Positions 47,257-56,716 of a DNA stretch of 64,000 nucleotides are shown here, in pieces (the stretch's first letter is position 1; each line of letters starts with the position of its first letter). The notes beneath the pieces were generated by a model that was not told the DNA's origin, searched no databases, and was given only the letters and a program-made list of their open reading frames with translations. The DNA comes from Escherichia coli. Its GTDB lineage: Bacteria > Pseudomonadota > Gammaproteobacteria > Enterobacterales > Enterobacteriaceae. The stretch is taken from assembly GCA_025336725.1 (NCBI GenBank), contig GCA_025336725.1_3647.1; one strand, written 5' to 3'. The translations under genes were made by a program, and so were the position numbers.

Positions 47257-49854
47257 TTAAAGGTACAATCCACGGTATTGAGCATAAAGTCCCAGACCGC
47301 GAAGGATTTCGCCAGAGTGATAGCCTACCGGATCAGAAACTGCCCAGCAGCCGTTTAAAACATTATCCCCGTTAATGAAGTGGTGCTTTTGCAGTAACTT
47401 CACACAGGCTTCTACAACAATATCTATTTGGGGTATTGTCTCTGAATACCCGCACAGACCTAGCCAGCAGCAACCTGCAAGCCATTCACCAACCACCCAC
47501 ATCCTGTCTCCTCTGTCTTGATAAGAATATCCCCCAGAGGTGTTAAAGTCTGTAGGCAGATTTCCTGAATGAGATGACTGGAATCTGTTGAGGAACCATG
47601 CCCATTTCTGGCAGAACAGGAATAGTCTTTCATCAACAGGTTCTTTATGTTTCTTGAGCTCATATATTGTTCGGCACGCAGCAACAAAAGATCTTGACTG
47701 GAGTTTAGAGTTATCTACCATCTCCCACCAACCAGTCAATCCTTCATTACCTCTCTGCCATACATAACGTGAGGCAACTGGACCCTCTGTCTTAAATGTA
47801 TTATTATACCAGACTTGAGCGTCATACAGAAAGCCTATTGTATTTGACAATCTATGGCGATCTATGTTTTCTGCACCCATGCAGTAGACTGCTGGGTATT
47901 GCATACCAGGGTATGGCCAATTTGGCTTTTCCTCTAAGAGATAGTTTTCCTTATCTATCACCTTTCCGGCAGGGAACACACCCGGTGTGTGCCTGTATGC
48001 ACCTTGCTTGTAGTTTCTGACATAGCAATCACCAACCTTAGCGGTTGATTCTGTCTTGCTTGCCATCCACACGCTAAACCATATTAGATAAGCATCCCTA
48101 TCTGCAATATAGAACTGCGGCAGCGTGTTTACGCAGTACAGATCAAACAAGCCATTACCTATCTGCCTGTCGCTTAGACTGAAATCTACAGAGGTGAGCC
48201 CTTTAGGATTAGCAAAGAAAGGTTTAATCTCTTCTTCGGTGTGATGAGGTTGTGTCGGATCTAGTTTGAAATCTCCTAGAGTAAGAGTTTCTGTTATCCA
48301 TTGTCCATTAGTGGCATATAGATCAGCATACCATAACCACCTATCTTTGTCAAGAAATTTGACCCTTACCATCTCATCATCTGACCGATAAGTTACTGAA
48401 TTTAAAGAAATCTCTCTCCCAAAATTGAAAGTTACTTTACCTCTTGCTATATTACAACGGGTGAAGTTGTCAGAGTGGTTGTAAATGTCGGTATCATACT
48501 GCATACTAACACTAGCGCCACCGCTTACGACAATGTTTTCCTCTTTAGGTAAGAGATACGGATTACCGTCTTTACCAACTACCTCTACGAAATCAGTGAC
48601 CTTGGCAACTGTCTCTGTTACCTCTGACCCTCCAAAAGGGACCCCTATCCTATACTGTTTTTTGTTATTGTTGCCATCATTAAGGATGAAATGTGGCTGG
48701 AACAGAACTCCTTCTCCTCCGAAATTCATAACAATTTCAGCATCTCTGCCGATCTTGTATGTGGTCCCTTTTTGGATTATTTCACAAGGCTGGCGTGCGT
48801 TCATTCTAAAATTGATATACCCGTCGCTGTCCCTACTCATGACAGGAACTGTTCCTGCAACGAGACAGGCTCCATCTGTGAACGGTGCCTTAATCAACGT
48901 GGTCTTTCTAAACAACTTGTCGTAGGCATTTATATCACTGAAATTAAGCAACTTGTTGTAAGACTGTTTAAACGCGGTGTAATACTTTTCCTCACCTGTC
49001 AAGGTGTAGAGTTGATAACAAGCGTCGCACCACATTTCTTCCCCGTCCAACTCTGGGGCTTGATTATCTGCAACCACATTTATAGGATTTACAATTACAG
49101 GGGATCCAGCAGGTATCACCGATCCACCCTGCTCTTGTGGCAATCTCACACAGTAGGTTACCTTGTGGCTGCCTGTAACACCCTTATCCTGCAGTTGGAT
49201 TGTGCCGAACTCTGCAGACGTATGACCACTATCGGCTATGCTACCGTTGGCCCAATAGCGGTTACCGTCCCATGCTATATACCACTCAACCCACCAACTT
49301 AATCCAGATGTTGTCCAATTTGGGTTAGCATCTGTGCCGCCGTAAACATCAGAGTCTACAGTGTTTCTTCCTAACACACCGTTATACGCTTGGAATGCCT
49401 TGTCCAGGTATTCCCCCCATGTTGGAGATCCAGCTGGGATTTTTCCTCTACCGTTGGTAAAAGACACCACCACATCTTTAAACCCACCGTGTGATGGGAC
49501 CCCATCTGTGGATAGAGGGTAGTGGGACAATCTTTGCATTTTACTTTCTACGGCATATGCACCCAGAAGATGACTATTGTACGCTTCCCAAGCATCTTTT
49601 GCCCTATCCAGATAGAAATAGCTTTTCGATGCCCTGTATGCTTCAATGTATCCCAGAATCAACACAGCTTGGGACTCATGCATTGCCCAATCATTATTTA
49701 TCTTACTCCCTGACCAACCTGACGCTATAAGTCCATCTTGGTTTACCAGCTTGTTCTGCGTAGGAAGATTGGTAATACCTGTGTTGTTATCGAGGCACTT
49801 CCTGTGCCCCTCAATCATCTGGAATACGTTATCAATGTTGTGTTGAATACGCAT
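47257..49854 (-). CDS. tailspike-like protein, possible polysaccharide-degrading domain
   Basis: 865 aa; weak resemblance to (alpha/alpha)6-barrel glycoside hydrolases; call is tentative. Confidence 0.35.
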   Translation of the reverse strand: MRIQHNIDNVFQMIEGHRKCLDNNTGITNLPTQNKLVNQDGLIASGWSGSKINNDWAMHESQAVLILGYIEAYRASKSYFYLDRAKDAWEAYNSHLLGAYAVESKMQRLSHYPLSTDGVPSHGGFKDVVVSFTNGRGKIPAGSPTWGEYLDKAFQAYNGVLGRNTVDSDVYGGTDANPNWTTSGLSWWVEWYIAWDGNRYWANGSIADSGHTSAEFGTIQLQDKGVTGSHKVTYCVRLPQEQGGSVIPAGSPVIVNPINVVADNQAPELDGEEMWCDACYQLYTLTGEEKYYTAFKQSYNKLLNFSDINAYDKLFRKTTLIKAPFTDGACLVAGTVPVMSRDSDGYINFRMNARQPCEIIQKGTTYKIGRDAEIVMNFGGEGVLFQPHFILNDGNNNKKQYRIGVPFGGSEVTETVAKVTDFVEVVGKDGNPYLLPKEENIVVSGGASVSMQYDTDIYNHSDNFTRCNIARGKVTFNFGREISLNSVTYRSDDEMVRVKFLDKDRWLWYADLYATNGQWITETLTLGDFKLDPTQPHHTEEEIKPFFANPKGLTSVDFSLSDRQIGNGLFDLYCVNTLPQFYIADRDAYLIWFSVWMASKTESTAKVGDCYVRNYKQGAYRHTPGVFPAGKVIDKENYLLEEKPNWPYPGMQYPAVYCMGAENIDRHRLSNTIGFLYDAQVWYNNTFKTEGPVASRYVWQRGNEGLTGWWEMVDNSKLQSRSFVAACRTIYELKKHKEPVDERLFLFCQKWAWFLNRFQSSHSGNLPTDFNTSGGYSYQDRGDRMWVVGEWLAGCCWLGLCGYSETIPQIDIVVEACVKLLQKHHFINGDNVLNGCWAVSDPVGYHSGEILRGLGLYAQYRGLYL

Positions 49855-49855
49855 C

Positions 49856-50524
49856 TTAGATAGCTCCTGCGATAATCAGTGCTCCGTACCAAGTTAACCC
49901 GTTGTCGTAGGTTTCCAACTTGAAAATGTCTGTTGCACCAGCTGTAAATGTCAGGATAGGATCTCTTCCGTATGCCCATTTAACATTATCAGGCCAATAG
50001 ACTTTGTTACCGCCAGAGGTCTGAGTAATGCATACGGTTATAGTTCTCGCCACACCTTCAAGACCTTCTGTTTGATTTTCAAAAGAGATTGTGGTGTTTG
50101 AAGTTAGTCGAACTTTAAAAGTGTCAGCAACTTCAAGATCCATATCAAGCTGACCACCAATAGATCCGTAATCAACTATTCTGCCAGAAGAAGTTGCAGC
50201 AAGCTCACCAAAAACAGACCAGGCTTTTGCAGACACACCCCCAGCACCCTCTACAGTGGAGTCTGGGAGGATTATTTTAGGATAATCCCCGTTCCACGTG
50301 TAGTAGCGCTTAGTTTCTGGGTCATAAGCAAAGTCCTTCTTGCTCTTAAGATAACCACCCTCTGTGAAATAGACTATCTTAGTAATGCTAAGATCGTTGA
50401 CAACATCGTCAATCTTAGCCTTTCTTGTCCCATCAGTCTGGTTGACAACCAAGAAGTCATCACTCAGGACTGTTTCTGCATCTTCAAGATCTGGAATTGG
50501 TATTGTAGGATAAGCTACAGCCAT
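49856..50524 (-). CDS. tail fiber anchor-domain protein
   Basis: 222 aa; N-terminus ..DDFLVVNQTDGTRKAKIDDVV..FTEGGYL..DFAY.. homologous to N-terminus of the 1269-aa fiber. Confidence 0.45.
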   Translation of the reverse strand: MAVAYPTIPIPDLEDAETVLSDDFLVVNQTDGTRKAKIDDVVNDLSITKIVYFTEGGYLKSKKDFAYDPETKRYYTWNGDYPKIILPDSTVEGAGGVSAKAWSVFGELAATSSGRIVDYGSIGGQLDMDLEVADTFKVRLTSNTTISFENQTEGLEGVARTITVCITQTSGGNKVYWPDNVKWAYGRDPILTFTAGATDIFKLETYDNGLTWYGALIIAGAI

Positions 50525-50533
50525 GATTTCTCC

Positions 50534-51118
50534 TTAGTTAACATCAATAGCACGACCAGACTGGTTGGCAATAGCCTCATCATTGGAGGTAGCAATAACA
50601 CCAGAGTATTCGCGCTCATCTGGAGCAAGCGTCCAGGTATTGCGGTTAATGGTTTGTTCTGCCTCAGTCATCAGCAGATCTTTATCCTGAGTCAACAGAG
50701 AGCCTACAGGGATCGGGTTTTCCATCTCAGGACCAGCATACTGGTTCCACCATGTGGCATCTCCGGTTCTAGGCAATCTGAAGTTGATCAGGTAGTACAG
50801 TTTATTAGCCCACTTAATCCAACCCTCATCATCACAGAGAGAGGTTGTCCCAGAATCAGGCTGTGGGTAGGTGAACTGATCAAGACCTACGAAAGCCAGC
50901 CTTACAATCTCGTTCTCTTTGGTAACAACCTCAAAGAACGCTTGGTATGTTCTAGATCTTCGATCCATGGTAGACTGGAAGTTTATGATGTTTAGCACAT
51001 CCGGCTCTTGTCTTGCCACTTCCATAATCTTGTTATCAAGAACAGTCTTCATGACCTTCTTGCTGAGAAAGTCCATATAAGGGAGCAAACAGCTCGTCAG
51101 CAGCCAGCTCCCTTCCAC
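50534..51118 (-). CDS. baseplate wedge protein gp25/W-like, C-terminal part (frame-split)
   Basis: ORF-track GTG start without RBS; ..KIMEVARQEPDVLNIINF.. downstream of N-part in another frame. Confidence 0.4.
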   Translation of the reverse strand: MEGSWLLTSCLLPYMDFLSKKVMKTVLDNKIMEVARQEPDVLNIINFQSTMDRRSRTYQAFFEVVTKENEIVRLAFVGLDQFTYPQPDSGTTSLCDDEGWIKWANKLYYLINFRLPRTGDATWWNQYAGPEMENPIPVGSLLTQDKDLLMTEAEQTINRNTWTLAPDEREYSGVIATSNDEAIANQSGRAIDVN

Positions 51119-51246
51119 GTATTAAACCTCATCCACAAGCGCTGGCGCAGACTTACCTGGTTTGAATCTATCAACTCAAGACCTTTGTCTATCGCCAAAT
51201 CGCCTGTCTGCGGGTCCATCAATATGTCACTATAAAGCGTAGCCAT
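51097..51246 (-). CDS. baseplate wedge protein gp25/W-like, N-terminal part (49 aa ORF)
   Basis: ATG at 51246 with AGGG RBS right after gpV-like stop; MATLYSDILMDPQTGDLAIDKGLELIDSNQVSLRQRLWMRFNTWKG matches gp25/W N-terminal pattern. Confidence 0.4.
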   Translation of the reverse strand: MATLYSDILMDPQTGDLAIDKGLELIDSNQVSLRQRLWMRFNTWKGAGC

Positions 51247-51258
51247 GAAAGCCCTCTA

Positions 51259-51936
51259 TTAGTGCGGTCCACTTGTCTCGCCATCAGGGCAAGAGTGGGT
51301 ATGACCTTTATATTCTGCATAGAATGAATCCAAATCCACACCTGCAGCAGTTATAATTCTACCAGACGGGTCTATTGTGGCACCATTCATTCTGATATTT
51401 CCATCCACAGCAGCTCGCAAATTGGCAGCCCCGTTAGTAAAAGAGAACTCCCCGCTGCTGTCGCACCGTAGTGTCCCACCAGGTGTTTGAAGCTCAAAAT
51501 CTCCAGAAGGTGTCAGTTTAAAATAAACCCTATCATTCCATAACTCTACGTTATCAGGATCGATCTGTAAAGCGTTTGAGTCTGAATGAACAGAGGTTAT
51601 TGCCCACCCAGGAAACAGACCGTGAGTTTGTTGATCGTCGTTATTGTTTTCATTTCTCTCTGAAAACTGCAATCCTACAACATCTCCAGCCTTAATAGGG
51701 AGTGTTAACCTTGCCTTTCCGCTGTTTGCAGACATCACCTGAATTGGAACATCATAGATAAGGGGATACCTCTCTACATCCCCGTCATCAAACATGGTTT
51801 CGGCTATTGGTTGCACGGCTGCAGAGGGGATACTATAATCTACACTGACAACTCTGGCCCTAATACTGGTGTGGTAGTCCCTCATTATTTTTTCTATAAA
51901 GGATCTTACAGCAGCATCTTTCCTGTTTATTGCCAT
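51259..51936 (-). CDS. baseplate central spike protein (P2 gpV / Mu gp45-like)
   Basis: 225 aa; C-terminal ..HTHSCPDGETSGPH resembles P2 gpV apex motif. Confidence 0.7.
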   Translation of the reverse strand: MAINRKDAAVRSFIEKIMRDYHTSIRARVVSVDYSIPSAAVQPIAETMFDDGDVERYPLIYDVPIQVMSANSGKARLTLPIKAGDVVGLQFSERNENNNDDQQTHGLFPGWAITSVHSDSNALQIDPDNVELWNDRVYFKLTPSGDFELQTPGGTLRCDSSGEFSFTNGAANLRAAVDGNIRMNGATIDPSGRIITAAGVDLDSFYAEYKGHTHSCPDGETSGPH

Positions 51937-52940
51937 TATACCTCCTCAGTTTTGTCAACAACTCCACCCACTGCTTCTCCAAGTCCAAGCTCTGTAATGT
52001 AATCACCACCTTCGATGGTGCCTTTGTGGTGCACCGTGATCACCTTGTAGAAGCCTGTGTATTGTCTACTCTTAAGATAGATGGTGGACTCTGGAAGGAT
52101 AGCCCCGTTAAGGCATGTGGTCACGGTAAGACCAACGTCCTCTTTCGGGTTTTTCTTTTTCTTTTTAGATGTTGAACCGCCTTTTGCAGCAGCTTTAGCT
52201 TTTCGTTTTCTAGCAGGCTCTGGGTTTTTAGGGGTGGGCGATCCATGCATCCCAGACTCTACACTGATTTCAAATACAGAGTCCTTGAACCTTTTTCCAA
52301 CTTTGGTCCAATACAAAGCCCCGTCCTGAACGCTAAATGTTGAGTTGGTCAGTCTTGCAAACCTGCGGAGGTTCTCTGCAGTGTTTCCAGAGAAAGCCAT
52401 AGAGTATTGCAAAGTCTGGTTTCCAAAACCCACAACCCTACCTTTTGGCAAGTTCATATCCTTCAGTAGGTCATTAAGCACAGAGTTCAGAGGTGTGCCT
52501 TTCTGATAAGATCTTGTGCTTTGGCACTTAATGATGTTCTCAGTACCATCCCCAAAGATGAACTTAGTTTTTCTGGTAGGACCTTCCCATCTGTCTTCAA
52601 CAAACTCCACAGTTCCGGAGAATATCAACTGGTTCTCATTATCATAGCCAGCCTCAAACATCACTGCAAGAGCATCAGCTTGGTGCATGTCCAGATAGTT
52701 AACCGTATCGTCAGACAGGTTGTAAACTATCACATAGCCTTTGTTTGGCTCTTTGGTATTGTCCTTTTGTATGTCAAACTCTATATTGGCAGCACCTGTG
52801 TCTGAGCTAACCTCATAAACGCCAGAATCACTTTCTCCTTTCTTTTCAACAGATTTTGGGATATTGGTTTTTGATTTTCCGCCATGTTCTACAGGGCGAC
52901 CAAACAATAATCGCCATGTTCTACGTCTATACTCTGCCAT
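51936..52940 (-). CDS. tail/baseplate protein (hub-like, tentative)
   Basis: 334 aa; upstream of spike gene; Lys-rich internal linker. Confidence 0.35.
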   Translation of the reverse strand: MAEYRRRTWRLLFGRPVEHGGKSKTNIPKSVEKKGESDSGVYEVSSDTGAANIEFDIQKDNTKEPNKGYVIVYNLSDDTVNYLDMHQADALAVMFEAGYDNENQLIFSGTVEFVEDRWEGPTRKTKFIFGDGTENIIKCQSTRSYQKGTPLNSVLNDLLKDMNLPKGRVVGFGNQTLQYSMAFSGNTAENLRRFARLTNSTFSVQDGALYWTKVGKRFKDSVFEISVESGMHGSPTPKNPEPARKRKAKAAAKGGSTSKKKKKNPKEDVGLTVTTCLNGAILPESTIYLKSRQYTGFYKVITVHHKGTIEGGDYITELGLGEAVGGVVDKTEEV

Positions 52941-53320
52941 TATGCTAACCCTTGCTGTTCCTTGTAAAGATCAACTGGGGTGCCGTATACAAGTTGTAGC
53001 TCAGATCTGGCCCCAAGGTTGTATCTTCCAACCCTGCCCCAATATTGATCGTCTTTAAACGACAGAGCCATCAGCCTACCCTTCGGTAAATCGTCTCTGT
53101 AATGCAGCCCGTCTAAAATGTCTTGACAAGCTGTTACTTTTCTGGTTACTAAAGGACTGTCGCCTACTGGACCAAGGGATAACCACCAGGACTCATCCCT
53201 CTCGTTCCATTGCATACGCATTTCATAGGTTTCATTATCTAAAACCACACGCATGGTCTGATCAGGAAAGCCGTCAATGTCCCACACAAAGGTGATTATG
53301 CACCAATCTTTAAGCTCCAT
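52940..53320 (-). CDS. hypothetical tail protein
   Basis: 126 aa ORF in tail operon. Confidence 0.4.
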   Translation of the reverse strand: MELKDWCIITFVWDIDGFPDQTMRVVLDNETYEMRMQWNERDESWWLSLGPVGDSPLVTRKVTACQDILDGLHYRDDLPKGRLMALSFKDDQYWGRVGRYNLGARSELQLVYGTPVDLYKEQQGLA

Positions 53321-53332
53321 TACACGCTCCCC

Positions 53333-53878
53333 TTATTTTCCGTTAACTTTGTTGTAGTTCCCCTGCTCAGATGGGACTATGGTGGAAGGTCTTCCATATT
53401 CCTGATAATACCAATCTGCAGCCGATTGGGTAACACCGTTTTCATCTGTCCACATCATGGATTTGTATGGCTGCCACTCTTCTGCAGCATTTGTGGACGC
53501 GGTGTCTGCAAATGCCCCTGTGTCTCTCTTGTTACCTACGTTACTACCATTCTTGCAATCGTTGACAGCCCCTTTTTGCTGGGTCTTGCCGACCTTCTTG
53601 GGGTTGCTGTATACAGTTGCATTAACAACCTTGTTCAAGTAGAATGTGCGGAATTCTGTAAGTTCCACATCAAACACCATTGCAGCACCCTCACCAACAG
53701 ACTTGTTGGCAGAAAGACTGGTTATAATGTAGTTTTCAAGGAGTCTCTCTTCAGTAACTAAAGAAACCAACTGCCGCTTATTAATGATCTCGTCAAAGTT
53801 TCCAGTGCAGCGCCGCAAGTCGCATAGACGCTGCAGGGTTTTTAGAGTCAGTATTCCTGTCAATGTAGTTTTGCTCAT
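53333..53878 (-). CDS. hypothetical tail protein
   Basis: 181 aa; ATG at 53878 directly after in-frame TAA; overlaps upstream ORF by 86 nt. Confidence 0.4.
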   Translation of the reverse strand: MSKTTLTGILTLKTLQRLCDLRRCTGNFDEIINKRQLVSLVTEERLLENYIITSLSANKSVGEGAAMVFDVELTEFRTFYLNKVVNATVYSNPKKVGKTQQKGAVNDCKNGSNVGNKRDTGAFADTASTNAAEEWQPYKSMMWTDENGVTQSAADWYYQEYGRPSTIVPSEQGNYNKVNGK

Positions 53879-54218
53879 AGATTATATGTGGTGATGTATT
53901 TACCCTACCAGTAAAAGAAAATACACCATCTTTAATTACAGCGTGGTCTGACAGGGTAGATTTATCTTCCACCGCAAACCCAGTCTTATCAACAGAATGT
54001 TTGAAAGAATAGTTCTCAACCTGGTCGAAGATAATGGCAAGATCGTTAGTAAAGTTTTTACCCTTCATCTCCGTATTGCGACCACCATAGTTAAGACCGC
54101 TGACAAACATAGTATACTTTACATCGCTTTCAGTTTGCTGCTCTGCCTTTTCAGCCTTTGGAGATTTAACCTCTTGAGGCTTGTACAGGTCTTTTTCATC
54201 AACTATATTGCTTGGCAT
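53793..54218 (-). CDS. hypothetical tail protein
   Basis: 141 aa ORF; 3' end overlaps next gene in a different frame. Confidence 0.4.
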   Translation of the reverse strand: MPSNIVDEKDLYKPQEVKSPKAEKAEQQTESDVKYTMFVSGLNYGGRNTEMKGKNFTNDLAIIFDQVENYSFKHSVDKTGFAVEDKSTLSDHAVIKDGVFSFTGRVNTSPHIIYEQNYIDRNTDSKNPAASMRLAALHWKL

Positions 54219-54282
54219 AACCTCTCCAGGACACTCCTATACCATCTAGATATTGTATCATAAACAGCTACGTTTTTACAAC

Positions 54283-54312
54283 ACCGATAAAATAAAGGGG
54301 GCCGGAGCCCCC
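54283..54312 (-). terminator. rho-independent terminator
   Basis: Minus strand GGGGGC-TCCG-GCCCCC followed by TTATTTTAT. Confidence 0.5.
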
Positions 54313-54323
54313 TGCACAGTTTA

Positions 54324-54464
54324 TTACCAAAGGTCGGTAGACATGAAGTTGATATCTTTATTGTTCTCCCACTCAAGTTTTGCATCAAATATTTTGTTAA
54401 ACTCGCCCTCATCTATTGAAATCGTGATTTTCCCATCACTGATCTCTAAAGGTAGCATTTCCAT
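54324..54464 (-). CDS. small hypothetical ORF (46 aa)
   Basis: MEMLPLEISDGKITISIDEGEF.., below ORF-track cutoff; sits just upstream of terminator; weak RBS. Confidence 0.25.
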   Translation of the reverse strand: MEMLPLEISDGKITISIDEGEFNKIFDAKLEWENNKDINFMSTDLW

Positions 54465-54637
54465 AGTTCTTAATTGAGAAGCAAAACCGAGGCCACCCCG
54501 GCAACGGAAAATCCCGCCCCATTAAGGTGTCCAAAGGATTAACAAACCCGTTACCTCAAATGAAAGTATCTTTGCGAATCATATCGCTGATAGCATCCAG
54601 CTGCTGATTTCTTTCACTTAGTGGGTTGTAACGGTCA

Positions 54638-56662
54638 TTAAATAATTCCGGCGCTTAGTATTATACCGATAATGCCCAGCTTACCGAGCAGACCAACTTT
54701 GCCACCAGGTGTCTTGAGGCCACCCCCACCTTTTCCTGCCGGAGCTCCACCACCAGATCCTTCTGTAGTAGCGGCACCAGCTGCTGCTGCTGCTCCAGCT
54801 GCACCCCTTAGAGAGTTAAGGAATTTAAAGGTTTTTACAAGCATGGATGCCATGACAAAACCTTTTGTTAGGGCGTTGACTACCAGCATGATGGCAGCAG
54901 CAAACCCTGCCCATTTAGCATAGCTAAAGGTGTCATGAAGCTCTTCAGAATATTCCTTCGTCTTAGCTGTTATGAATCCCCATTTAATCCCCCATTCAAG
55001 GAAAAACATGCGGATCTTGACTATAGTGTTGTTTAGTTCACCAACTACCCAGTTAAGGCCTCTCACAAACCCGCTAACAAAATCACCAGAGGCATCCACA
55101 CAAATTACGGGGAGTCTCGCCAGTGCGAATCAGTGTATAATGAACTCTGTTAATTCATCGCTTAACGGGTGAACAGCTTCTGACAGGATAATTCGATGAA
55201 GGTTTTCAGTCTGTTTTCTGCCAATGCGTTAGACTTCTGCATTCTTTCATAACCGGCTGCAGATGCCTCGTTCATATACTTAGCCACATACTTCATGATC
55301 TTGGCTGTCTTAACCTCACCTTTCTTCATCATGTCCATGAACTGATCCATGGACAGTTCAGAAAAGACCAAAAGCCTCTTTGGTGGCTTTGATAAAGGTT
55401 ATGCGGGCAATGCTTCAGCAAGTTGTTGCTTCAGTTCTTCGGACATTACCTGTCCTTTCCCGAGCAATTTGCTGGATTGCCATGATACCACGCTGGTATT
55501 TTACCTCATCGGCACCATAAGCAGCAGCATACTGTGAGTATGCAGAAAACAGCTCATGCACTTCCTGATTTGTCATCTGGTTTTTGGCGTTTACCGACAT
55601 CTGGGCGTAACCTTGAAGACCAGATTTGAGATCAAAACCAAGACGCATAGCCTCTTGCTGGACAAACGCAACCTCACTGTTGGCTTTGTTTGGATCTCCA
55701 GTAACAGCAGTAAGAGCAGCACTTGCCCCCTCCATCATGTGACCAGATCTGTTCACAGCAGTAAATCCAGAGAAAGCCGTATACGCAGCTGTTGCATTAA
55801 TAACAGACCTACGTAAGTCTCTCATGGCATCACCAAGTGTAAGCGTTTGGCTGGTGGCGCTTTTAAATCCAGACTGCAGAGCTGACAGGTGGGCGTTAAA
55901 GGTTGACTTTTTCATCTCCCCGCGAGCAAACCTGGACTCTAACTCTGAGTATCCAGGCAAGCTTCCACGGAATCCGGCTCCATACTTGGCAGAAAGTCTT
56001 ATCGCAGAGTTGTAGAGGTGGGTTCTCCTTGCCTCACGATCCGACATAAGCCTATTATCCATGCCAGCTTTACTGTCCCTTCTTAGCTGTCTATGATAAC
56101 GATTCATAGCAGCTGTCTGAGCTTTCACAAGGTTAGGGTCGGAAGCCACACCACCCATATTAGGGTTACCAGGGATATACTTGAAAGATTTGGCATTAGC
56201 CAAAACTCTTGCCTTAGGTGCCTTATAACCGCCGTAAGACACTGGTGTAGATTTGGCAGCCTTTTTGGCCTCTTTAGCTTGCTGCTGGTAGAACTTACGC
56301 ATCCTAGCCATTTCTGGATTTTTAGCGGTAAGATTGCCTACAGCTTGTTTACGTCTCGCGTTCTCCCTACGTTCTATTGCGGCCCTTACTGCAGCCTCTT
56401 TCTTGGCTTGTGCTACGCTCTCCCTGTGCAGTTTAGCATTTGCCTGAGATTGCTGTCTGGCAACCCGCTGCATTGTTTGCTGGGTTTTAACAGCCACTGC
56501 CTGCCATCTACTCATCGGGTTGGCTGAGTTAAAATCCTCGCCAAGTTTCCTGAACTCCCTCCCAATACTGCGAATTTTCTCTACAGCTTTTTTGTAGGAG
56601 GAGTTCTCTATCTCAAAGCCAATCTTGTTGACTGTTGTGGCAACTATTTTGTTTGTAGCCAT
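54638..56662 (-). pseudogene. tail tape measure protein gene, apparently disrupted
   Basis: Three consecutive same-strand ORFs in three frames (55415..56662, 55162..55371, 54638..55099) downstream of G/GT chaperone; the two distal ORFs lack RBS and ATG; additional in-frame TAA. Confidence 0.5.
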
Positions 56663-56674
56663 GCTTTCCTCATA

Positions 56675-56711
56675 ATAAAAAGGGCCAGATCCCAGAAAAG
56701 GAATCCGGCCC
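56675..56711 (-). terminator. hairpin plus T-run between chaperone and tape measure genes (terminator or attenuator)
   Basis: Minus strand GGGCCGGAT-(12-nt loop)-ATCTGGCCC followed by TTTTTAT. Confidence 0.35.
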
Positions 56712-56716
56712 TTAGA

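Noticed and set aside
54638-56662. Stop-codon reassignment as explanation for fragmented late genes
   Set aside because: The breaks are reading-frame changes, not in-frame TAG/TGA read-through, and early genes use all three stops normally.
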